A DNA stretch of 63,726 nucleotides, the filler included, from Octopus bimaculoides (taxonomy: Eukaryota), in the NCBI RefSeq assembly GCF_001194135.2. It is 5 parts of 5 records of this genome, joined end to end, with 100 filler letters (N's around TTAATTAATTAA, not from the genome) between each part and the next. Parts side by side here need not be neighbours in the genome. Positions count along the whole stretch, not along the records: positions 25,656 to 53,459 come from NC_069000.1; positions 53,560 to 57,353 come from NC_068981.1; positions 57,454 to 62,310 come from NC_068986.1; 2 more parts are not named here. One strand, given 5' to 3'. Made by a program: the position numbers and the translations under genes. A model generated the notes under the pieces. The model was not told the origin of the DNA. It saw nothing but the letters and a program-made list of their open reading frames with translations, and ran no database searches. Positions 52,088 through 62,410 of the stretch are shown piece by piece (positions within the stretch are counted from its first letter, which is position 1; every line of letters begins with the position of its first letter).

Positions 52088-52160
52088 GTGGAGTCAATGT
52101 AGAAAGTCTTGTGGAGTCAATGTAGAAAGTCTTGTGGAGTCAATGTAGAAAGCCTTGTGG
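52088..52160. repeat. 23-bp tandem repeat x3
   Basis: GTGGAGTCAATGTAGAAAG(T/C)CTT occurs three times head-to-tail with no spacers. Confidence 0.9.
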
Positions 52161-53703
52161 GAGCCAACGAGAGACTCTACGCGTAGGATCGACCAACTAG
52201 AAATATCAGACAAATTTACCTCAAAGAACACTCTTCTAGTTTAATAATATATGGTTGTTTGAGTAAATGCAGTCCTGGGTACACTGTCTGAAGAGAACCA
52301 AGTGATGGTTACGGATAGAATGCCTTACAACATCGGTCTGTTGCAACATGGTTCATTTGAAGCTAAACAGCATTTGCTTTTGAGTTTATTTATTTATTTA
52401 TTTAATTTTTTGTTTCCGTTTCCTTTCTGGCAGGGAGTGGTCATGCTGTTGCATTTAGATTTAACCACTCTTTCAACCAATTTTATGCTCATATTCTATC
52501 GTCTGTACGTTAGAATGTGTGTGTGTGTGAAGTCGGATGAATGAGACGCGCCTAATAGAGGAATTCTCGAGTTTTCTGGTCGTACATCTGGACATCTTTA
52601 ACAAGTTAGTAAATGTGAAACATTCTTCAGAGTTTTATTTTTAAAAATGTACGACAGAATTTAGGTTTTGGTGGTGGTTTTGGTGGTGGTTTTGGTGGTG
52701 GTGGTGGTGGTGNNNNNNNNNNNNNNNNNNNNNNNNNNNNNNNNNNNNNNNNNNNNNNNNNNNNNNNNNNNNNNNNNNNNNNNNNNNNNNNNNNNNNNNN
52801 NNNNNNNNNNNNNNNNNNNNNNNNNNNNNNNNNNNNNNNNNNNNNNNNNNNNNNNNNNNNNNNNNNNNNNNNNNNNNNNNNNNNNNNNNNNNNNNNNNNN
52901 NNNNNNNNNNNNNNNNNNNNNNNNNNNNNNNNNNNNNNNNNNNNNNNNNNNNNNNNNNNNNNNNNNNNNNNNNNNNNNNNNNNNNNNNNNNNNNNNNNNN
53001 NNNNNNNNNNNNNNNNNNNTGGTGGTGGAGGTGGTGGTGGTAGTGGTGGTGGTGGTGGTGGTGATGGATTATCGTATTCACAAGGGTGTCTGAAACCTAG
53101 CAAAACAATGGACTATATTTTAAAGAAAGGCCCTCTTGTGTTTGTGCGTGAGTCTTCTTGGTGAATGATTTCTCACTCTGTCTGTCTTCCTTTCTCAAAA
53201 CACGCTCTTTCTTCCCTAATATGCGTGCGTTTATGTAAGAGGCCGTGAGTGTGTAGATATATACGTGTATAGTTACATCAGTACGCGAATGCATATGTGT
53301 GTGTATGTGTAAGCCTCAGGATCTGAAAATTTACGATTGAATACCTACATGAGAATGTGTAGGCGTGCGTGTGTGTGTGGGGGGGGGGTATGTGCTTAAG
53401 CTTGCATATGATGCGTATGTGTAAGTTTGCATTTGTCTGCTTTAATCTTTAATCTTTAANNNNNNNNNNNNNNNNNNNNNNNNNNNNNNNNNNNNNNNNN
53501 NNNTTAATTAATTAANNNNNNNNNNNNNNNNNNNNNNNNNNNNNNNNNNNNNNNNNNNNTAGAGTCCCTCATAGCGTGAGGCGTTATTATATAGTAATGC
53601 CCTTATATAAATATATATATATATATGTATGTATGTATATATGTATGTATGTATATATGTATGTATGTATATATATATGTATGTATGTATATATATATAT
53701 ATA

Positions 53704-54026
53704 TATAGTGTTTAGCAGTAGATACAGAAAGAAGCACTCCTGCTGATTAGGGTGCACAGTGTACATCCGCCCGATGGCCCCACTTCTGAAGACAGCATCT
53801 TCTTCCCAGCCCTCAATGCATGTTCATTGCTTGCGTCTGTTCCATCTGTTGTGTGCCCAGGTATAGTACACAGAAACCTCAACATACAACAGTGTTCGGG
53901 CAAACAAATCACATTGGCATAATTCGAAGAAAGCTGTCAAAGTGGTTTCTCATGGATTCAGAACTACGTTTCAAGCATTGTCTTCTGTGAAATATACAGG
54001 CTGGCCATTTTCAAGATGTACAGATT
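53704..54026 (-). pseudogene. Helitron Rep/helicase fragment
   Basis: One frame with in-frame stops: SVHLENGQPVYFTEDNA*..NP*ETTLTAFFELCQCDLFARTLLYVEVSVYYTWAHNRWNRRKQ*...GAIGRMYTVHPNQQECFFLYLLLNT. These match the conserved Helitron motifs (VHLENGQRVYF, TTLTAFF, LLY.EVP.YYTW, IGR.YTVHP...ECFFL.LLL) that lie between Rep and helicase. Confidence 0.88.
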
Positions 54027-54399
54027 GATTTTAGGAAGGCATTCCAACATGTAAATAGGGTGTGACCTTTGTGTTGACAGTGCATTTGTCTAAAAGCAGA
54101 ACAGTTCTTCATGCAGCGCTTGTCAATTGGCTGAAGTGACATGAAAGGCATCGTCATTCATGGTATATTCGTGAATAAGTCACTAACCGAAATAAGTGGA
54201 TCTATTGTTTAGGAAAATAGTATCTAATTGTTTAAGGTTTGTACTGGATAAATTGCGAATATAACTCGGACGGCTCAAATACTAAGAAATAAGCATACTC
54301 AATTTGATTTATACCAAATAATATAGGAAAAGGAATGGGTTATTTCCCTTGGCTGTTAAAATAAAATATATTAGTTATATATAAGGATCCCTTCCAGGG

Positions 54400-54570
54400 G
54401 GCCCTATTATCGATTTTTTCAACAATCTAAGTATGCAATGAGGTTTCCAGACATGAGTTCTACTCACGTGTCAAGTTTCATCAAAATCGATAAAACGATG
54501 TAGGAGGAGTTAGCTAACAACTCCACAAACACACCCACAGACAGAATTTCCCCCATATATAGTGTATATA
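54400..54570 (+). mobile_element. Possible non-autonomous Helitron/Helentron (HINE-like) 3' end
   Basis: GTGTCAAGTTTCATCAAAATCG...ACAAACACACCCACAGACAGAATTT..ATATATAG resembles the AAATTTCATC..AATCGG/(ACAG)n ends of insect HINE-type elements. This is resemblance only. Confidence 0.3.
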
Positions 54571-54885
54571 TATATATATATATATATATATNNNNNNNNN
54601 NNNNNNNNNNNNNNNNNNNNNNNNNNNNNNNNNNNNNNNNNNNNNNNNNNNNNNNNNNNNNNNNNNNNNNNNNNNNNNNNNNNNNNNNNNNNNNNNNNNN
54701 NNNNNNNNNNNNNNNNNNNNNNNNNNNNNNNNNNNNNNNNNNNNNNNNNNNNNNNNNNNNNNNNNNNNNNNCCTTTGGATATCCTTGTTACTTATTTTGA
54801 TTTTAATCACTTTATTTTGAAATTGTATGGATAATACCATACTTAATTCTGGTGCCTAAACTTAAGTACCATATTCACCTTGAAT

Positions 54886-54953
<68 letters not shown>

Positions 54954-55671
54954 ATATATACATACATATACACACAGACACTTATTCATATACGCACACA
55001 CGTGCGTGTGTATAAGTGTCCGTTAGCAAACAGACAACAGATGTAGATGAAGTGTCAAAAAGATGACAGAGACCCCAACCAACTGATTTTTTTTTCTTCT
55101 TTCTCTAGAAGCAGATGGTTTGGTAAGGAGCTTGCATGATTGATTCGAATCTTTTGCATTGAGCTGCGAGAGAGATAAGGCAGGCAACACTGTGAAGTCC
55201 TACATAAAGTGTTCTAACATTTCCATTTCACATAACAGCATGCTTTAGGTTCAGTACAGAGTAGCGCTTGTGTGCATGCGTGTGAACATGTGCGCGTGTG
55301 GGCGTGTGGGTGTATGTGTGTTTGTGTAAGATAAGTAACCATAATTCAAATTAGGACAAATAAGTGAATCTCATTAATCTAATTGATATTTTAAAATGCC
55401 TACGTCAATCTTGCTTCGATATGTATCCGCATACGTGTATGACTTTGTTATACTTTTTTTATAGATACACATACACATACACATATGTATCGCGTGTGTA
55501 GGAATATATTTATAAAAAATGTTTTTACGTACATGCACAAATATATTTGTGATTTTATATGACTACATACATACATACATACATACATACATACATACAT
55601 ACATACATACATACATACATACATACATGCATACATACATACATACACGTACATATAAATACGTATACATA

Positions 55672-55812
55672 GGCGCAGACATGGCTGCGCGGTAAAAAGT
55701 TTGATTCCCAACCACAGGGTTCCAGGTTCAGTCCCACCGCGTGGAATCTTGGGCAAGCGTCTTCTACTTTAGCCTCTCGGATTAACCAAAGCGTTTTGAG
55801 TGGATTTGGTAG
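55672..55812 (+). mobile_element. SINE family C tRNA-like head (runs into gap)
   Basis: AGGCGCAGACATGGCTGCGCGGTAA..GGTTCAGTCCCACCGCGTGG..TTGGGCAAGCGTCTTC..GAGTGGATTTGGTAGA. Confidence 0.8.
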
Positions 55813-56439
55813 ANNNNNNNNNNNNNNNNNNNNNNNNNNNNNNNNNNNNNNNNNNNNNNNNNNNNNNNNNNNNNNNNNNNNNNNNNNNNNNNNNNNNNNN
55901 NNNNNNNNNNNNNNNNNNNNNNNNNNNNNNNNNNNNNNNNNNNNNNNNNNNNNNNNNNNNNNNNNNNNNNNNNNNNNNNNNNNNNNNNNNNNNNNNNNNN
56001 NNNNNNNNNNNNNNNNNNNNNNNNNNNNNNNNNNNNNNNNNNNNNNNNNNNNNNNNNNNNNNNNNNNNNNNNNNNNNNNNNNNNNNNNNNNNNNNNNNNN
56101 NNNNNNNNNNNNNNNNNNNNNNNNNNNNNNNNNNNNNNNNNNNNNNNNNNNNNNNNNNNNNNNNNNNNNNNNNNNNNNNNNNNNNNNNNNNNNNNNNNNN
56201 NNNNNNNNNNNNNNNNNNNNNNNNNNNNNNNNNNNNNNNNNNNNNNNNNNNNNNNNNNNNNNNNNNNNNNNNNNNNNNNNNNNNNNNNNNNNNNNNNNNN
56301 NNNNNNNNNNNNNNNNNNNNNNNNNNNNNNNNNNNNNNNNNNNNNNNNNNNNNNNNNNNNNNNNNNNNNNNNNNNNNNNNNNNNNNNNNNNNNNNNNNNN
56401 NNNNNNNNNNNNNNNNNNNNNNNNNNNNNNNNNNNNAAT

Positions 56440-56625
56440 CAAAACTGGACTTCTTCCTGTCGAAAGTCCCAGATGAACCTACCTCACGGCAAGAGTTGCA
56501 AATGAGGGTAGTGACATCAAACTCCATTCTTCACCAAATTCCACATATTAGAGGAGGCTCTCAGTTATAACAGTGTAGCAAGACGGCGGTGTCCCAGCAA
56601 GGCCACAGCTCTGAGCTGAAACTAC
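56440..56625 (+). mobile_element. 3' end of a CR1/L2-group LINE (ORF2 C-terminus + 3' UTR)
   Basis: KLDFFLSKVPDEPT..R..TSNSILHQI..* fits the LD.FL..VPD.P / SNS..Q terminal motif, followed by the 3' UTR shared with SINE C. Confidence 0.7.
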
Positions 56626-56635
56626 AACAAGACAA

Positions 56636-56680
<45 letters not shown>

Positions 56681-56811
56681 AGTCGACACCATAGGAATGT
56701 AGAAACTTTCGTCAGAACGTTGAAATATTCCTTTATTTGTTTTAATTGGTTCTCGAAGAATCCAGGAAGTTAGAAATGATATTATAGAAATATTGGGTTG
56801 AAAAATCGAAA

Positions 56812-56881
56812 ACTGCCCGTGGGATTCGAACCCACATTTCCTATAGATATGACAAGCGTTCTACCATTGGACCAAAACAAT
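56812..56881 (-). pseudogene. tRNA-like sequence (degenerate tRNA or SINE head)
   Basis: A box TGGTCCAATGG, perfect T arm GTGGG-TTCGAAT-CCCAC, 3' acceptor strand GGGCAGT. The 5' acceptor strand ATTGTTT pairs mainly through G.U wobbles, and the anticodon loop lacks U33, so it is not a functional tRNA. Confidence 0.5.
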
Positions 56882-57453
56882 CTTTCGAATTACACTATTC
56901 ATTTTAGAGATTCTATTTTTACATGCGAGAATTGAATGTTGTTGATATAAGAATTTAGGAAAATCAAGAGAACGTGGAATTGGTTCTCGAAGTACATATA
57001 AAGCTGTATGTATATATGCATGTATGTATGTATGTATGTATGTATGTATGTATGTATGCATGTTCATACGTACGCACACATTCATATATAAAGTTTGCAT
57101 CACGATTCGAGTTTCATGCTACTACCATCTTCAGGTGAGAACACAAACATATGCCCACTCCACCACACATACACGTGGTGTGTGAGTGTGTGTTTGTTTG
57201 TGTGCTTTGTGTGTGTGTGTGCGTGTGTAAAAACAGCAAAGGTTCCTTCATAGAACAATCTACCATCTTAAAAAGAGAGGAAGGTCACATTCTGTTATGT
57301 AGTCCAAGGTAAACATAGCAGACAGAACGGTCATGGCTGGAATACGCTTGATTNNNNNNNNNNNNNNNNNNNNNNNNNNNNNNNNNNNNNNNNNNNNTTA
57401 ATTAATTAANNNNNNNNNNNNNNNNNNNNNNNNNNNNNNNNNNNNNNNNNNNN

Positions 57454-57516
<63 letters not shown>

Positions 57517-57519
57517 TGT

Positions 57520-57730
57520 GTTTGTGCGTCTGTGTTTCCCGCCCCCTACCATCGCTTGACAAGCGATGTTGGCGTGTTTACGTCCCCGTAACTTAACGGT
57601 TCGGCAAAAGACACCGATAAAATAAATACTAGGCTTACAAAGAATAAGTTCTAGGGTTGATTTGTTCGACTAAAGGCATTGCTCCAGCATGGCCGTAGTC
57701 GAATGACTGAAACAAGTAAAAGAGTAAAAT
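57520..57730 (+). mobile_element. SINE family C body and tail
   Basis: GCTTGACAAGCGATGTTGGCGTGTTTACGTCCCCGTAACTTAACGGTTCGGCAAAAG...GACTGAAACAAGTAAAAGAGTAAAA. Confidence 0.85.
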
Positions 57731-58324
57731 AATATATTTATAAACAAAAAGCAACAGATGGATTGTGGTTCACTACAGCTGTTTCAGACGTGTCTTTTAT
57801 TCCTGAATAGAAGTGCTACATTATGCAAAAATAAACCGTTTTCATCAGGTGTATACAGGTATGAATTAAAAAGCTTGAACATTTCAAGAATAAGTATGCA
57901 GTGCCATATGACCCTACTGACCCAAATTCGTCTATCTATCTATATGTCAGTGTGTCTATATATTTAGTCAATTAGTCAAGCCATCAATACATTTAAATGT
58001 GCATATATGTTTTTGTGCATGTGCGTGTATGTTTGTGAGAATGTGCGTTTAGTTGTGCGTGTACGTGAGGGCGGGACTTAATCCCTATAAATATGAGCCC
58101 AGCAAGTCATGTATTCTGATTCGTTCAGACTCCACATCTCGAGTTCTTTATAATATATAACACACACACACACATACACACAGACACACACACACAAACA
58201 CACACAGACACACACACACACACATATATATATACCCTGTATATATACATACCCTGTATATAATATACGCACACGATCGCACGCACGTACACACACATAC
58301 ACGCACACATACATATATAATATC

Positions 58325-59003
58325 ACAACACGATCACAACCACCACAATTATCATCACCATCACCACCATCACCACAACAACTACCACCACCAACACTAC
58401 CATCATCATAAGCACCACCAACTTCGCCACTACCACTACATTCGCCACCACTAATACCTCCGCCACCACCACCATCACCATCACTGGCACCTCCACTACC
58501 ACCATCACTACAACCACTACCACCACCACCATTATCACCATCACCACCACTACCATCACCATCACCACCATCATTATCACCACCATCCCCATCACCACCA
58601 CAACCACAACCACCACCATTACCAGCACCACTACCATCACCACATCCACCACCACAACCACCACCACCATCACCACAATTACAACCACCACCACCACTAC
58701 CACCATCAATACCACCACCACAACCACTACCACCACAACCACTACCACCATCACCACCACGACCACCACCACGACCACCACCACTACCATCACCACCGTC
58801 ACCAGCACCACCACCATCACCACCACCACCACCGTTAACCACAGCTACAACCGCCGTCTCCACCAGCACTTCATTATATCAGAGATTTTCTCTGCAAACA
58901 TGTTCGTTCATTATATTCTTATGCTACGTTGATTCTGTGGAGGAGTTGATTCCACCTGCGCCATCAACGCCACCACCACCACCACCACCACCACCACCAC
59001 CAC
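58325..59003. repeat. Imperfect (CAC/CAT/TAC)n trinucleotide block
   Basis: About 540 bp of degenerate CAC triplets plus a further (CAC)n run. This explains the poly-Gly and poly-Val ORFs on the minus strand. Confidence 0.9.
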
Positions 59004-60346
59004 TGCCGCCACCCGATTAACGTACACGCTGTTGCTCCTATTATTATTGCTGNNNNNNNNNNNNNNNNNNNNNNNNNNNNNNNNNNNNNNNNNNNNNNNN
59101 NNNNNNNNNNNNNNNNNNNNNNNNNNNNNNNNNNNNNNNNNNNNNNNNNNNNNNNNNNNNNNNNNNNNNNNNNNNNNNNNNNNNNNNNNNNNNNNNNNNN
59201 NNNNNNNNNNNNNNNNNNNNNNNNNNNNNNNNNNNNNNNNNNNNNNNNNNNNNNNNNNNNNNNNNNNNNNNNNNNNNNNNNNNNNNNNNNNNNNNNNNNN
59301 NNNNNNNNNNNNNNNNNNNNNNNNNNNNNNNNNNNNNNNNNNNNNNNNNNNNNNNNNNNNNNNNNNNNNNNNNNNNNNNNNNNNNNNNNNNNNNNNNNNN
59401 NNNTGGTAGTGGTGGTTGTGGTGGTGGTGGATTTGGTGGTGGTGGTGGTGGTGGAGGTGGTAGTGGTGGTGGTGGTGGTGGATGTGGTGGTGGCTGCGGC
59501 GTCGGCGGCGGCAGTAATTGTGCTGAAGAGGAGAAGAAGGAGGAAGAGGCGGGGGAGGAGGAGGATTGTGCTGATGATGATAAATCTCCAGAATTCCAGC
59601 ATAAATAAACTCGTGCTCTCTACGTTTTTATTGAGCAATTCTGTGCGTATGTTTATGTGTGTGTGTGCGCATGCGTGAGGCTGTGCCAGTCTGTGCATGA
59701 GCATGCGCGTTGTATGTGTATGTGTATATATATTGCGAGAGTAACAGGAACATAGACCGACACATGGAGAGATAGGTAGATAGGTCAGAAAAATAGATAG
59801 ATAGATAGATAGTTAGATAGATAGATAGATAGATAGAGAAAGGGCGTGAAGGGGGGAGATATGGATTTAAATGGATAGATAAATGGATGTGAAAGTATAT
59901 AACATGTGCAAGAGAATAATTATAAACGGGCATAAAGCACACACATATGTACACGCACACATACAGACACAGACAGACACACACCCACACACATATATAT
60001 ACACATATATAAACAAATATATGTCTATATTCGTTGTGCTCTTGATGTATGTGTTTTAACAGATATTGCCGTATTCCGGGAGGTTCATACAGCAACTTTA
60101 AAAAAATCACACAAACACTGATTCTAGTTCACTCTTTATTATTCATTATTTGATTAATCGATTAATTAATTTAATAGTTTGTGTACGCATCTTGCATCCT
60201 CATACACATGGGCGCTCACTTTAAATAAACATACATATCACTACAACGGCAATCACAATTATACGCACATATTAAGAACATGTTAAAATACACCCATACC
60301 TGAATACGCGTAAACACCAAACACAAAATGGTGGGTAAGACCTATA

Positions 60347-61437
60347 CAGGGAAATAAGGTAAAGAATTTGAGAGAACAAACAACTAATTAATTAATTGAT
60401 AAGAAAAGACGAACGATAATCATTGAGTGTGTTTTTTAATGGAAGAATAACACCCCATCCATTATACAAAAATATATGTTTACAAGTGTGTGCACATGAT
60501 TATATGGGGGTGTTGATTGATCATTTTCTTGACTACACCCCATATATAATAGTGGAGTGGGGTCTGGTAAGCTAGTGGTCCATGTCTTTAAGAGAACAGG
60601 ATCATGGAGATTAGCATACTTCCATGCTTAGGTTGTCCTAGCTTTATGAGACGGCGCAGAATTTTCCTGGAAGACATACAGTCTTCCGTTGCGTACTTTG
60701 TTTATCCAGGGCCTCACAACTTTCTCCAACACCTCTGTATAGACAGCAACATTGACTCCTTAGCCCTGTGAAAAAAACTGAGGAGGCATGACATCTTCCT
60801 CGTTACTGATGACTACCAGAATCATCATAGTTGCAGGAGACTTAGTATGCACGATTATTGGAACCTCACTTGGGTTCCTGCATAGCCATCTATCCTTCCA
60901 TCGGTTTACCTTTTGGTCGTGATAAAAGTTTTTCTTATCAGAAAAGAAACCAATGCCTTCTAGCCCTTTGATGTTTTAACTTTTTTAGCAAGCGCTTAGC
61001 ACGAATCGAACGATTCTTTCTAGTCACATCTGACATAAACTGACATCTCCGCATCACATATAACTTGCAACGGTCCTCATCTACAACTCTTCTGGTGGTG
61101 CATTCTGAAACATTGTGTTCATTGCAATAGCTGTGATTGATTTTCCGAAAATTTTATCGATTATTTATTGAACTTTCTTTGAACAAAGTTATGTATTTCT
61201 CATAGTATTATGACCCTGTGCATGTGTTCTAGGTTTAGCTATTAATGTTGGATCCCCGCCAGCAGCTTTCAGCTTTGAAAACGAGGGATCGGGCATCTTT
61301 CAGAAAGCAAGCTATCTCTGTATAACAATGCTGCGCTTTTAAGGCAACGGTAACAGCGGGCTTCTTCATTTCCTTAGTCAAGCTCTATGTTTGATATAAT
61401 TTATCTGAAAATATATATGTATTTCTTCTACCTCATA
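60347..61437 (-). mobile_element. Near full-length defective Tc1/mariner (DD37D/maT-like) transposon
   Basis: Minus-strand relics run from the N-terminus (KEMKKPAVTVALKA..EIACFLKDARSLV) through VMRRCQFMS..KRLLKKLKH, FFSDKKNF, KVVRPWI..GRLYVFQENSAPSHKA to SLPDPTPL..YIWGVV. There are 37 residues between the second (D>N) and third Asp positions, plus stops and frameshifts. Candidate left terminus is TA-CAGGGAAATAAGGTAAAGAA at 60347. Confidence 0.85.
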
Positions 61438-61681
61438 TATATATATATATATATATATGGGAAGAGCCATTTTAACGATGCGTCCTACCCTAACTCTTCG
61501 AAACGCCAGTGTTTTCATGGTGGCATCTGATGAAGGATATGTTCTCTATGTGGCCTGCGTGTTTTTGTACCTTGTTTATCATTTTGTCCATGTTTTTTGC
61601 AACGTCATGTACCCAGATATGTATATATATGTACATGTAGATGAAGGTATGTACATACATGTACACATATGCATATTCTCA

Positions 61682-61741
<60 letters not shown>

Positions 61742-61977
61742 ATTATATATTATATATATTTATTTACATGCATATACAGGTTTGTAATACATATATATTT
61801 ATCCGCATGAATATTAAATTTTCTTCCTCCATATTGCCGTCTATAAATTTATCTGTTAATGAGTTTGTTTGCTACGTCATACAGACACTTGCGTTGAAGA
61901 TAGACAAACTGCGAAAGGAAATAACTATATGAATTTATGTCTGTGAACAGGACACATATGTGTTTACATGTGTGTGA

Positions 61978-62016
<39 letters not shown>

Positions 62017-62410
62017 GCTGTGGTAATGTATATGAGTATAAATATATGCATGTCATTATGCACATGTAATGTTTATGAGAGGCTGAATTGGATGAAAGTA
62101 CGAATAGACAAATATGTAGAGGTAAATAATTGATAGACAGACAAATAAACGCATGGATTGACGTGTACAAAACTGAAGATATACAACTATATAAACAGAG
62201 AGAAAGAGAGGGGGAGAGAGGGAGGGGAACGGAACGGAGTGGGAGGAGAGATATGAAAATAATTATATACTGATAGGCAGGTTCTTGAATAAACAGAAAG
62301 CACACACACANNNNNNNNNNNNNNNNNNNNNNNNNNNNNNNNNNNNNNNNNNNNTTAATTAATTAANNNNNNNNNNNNNNNNNNNNNNNNNNNNNNNNNN
62401 NNNNNNNNNN

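Noticed and set aside
45909-52160. CRISPR-like reading of the 21-bp and 23-bp repeats
   Set aside because: There are no constant repeats separated by unique spacers of uniform length, no cas genes, and the context is eukaryotic.
57105-57140. Minus-strand CTGAAGA-TGGTAGTAGCAT-GAAAC (a similar case lies near 32590-32615)
   Set aside because: Helix II and helix I pairings are too weak to call.
58078-58869. 263-aa Gly-rich ORF and overlapping poly-Val ORF
   Set aside because: Single substitutions in (GGT)n do not create stops in these frames, and the ORF runs on into (GT)n microsatellite. There is no evidence of coding constraint.
61490-61545. GAAAC upstream of CTGATGAAGG as a permuted (type II) hammerhead
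   Set aside because: The cleavage triplet is GCC (no U16.1), and helices I and II cannot be paired convincingly.
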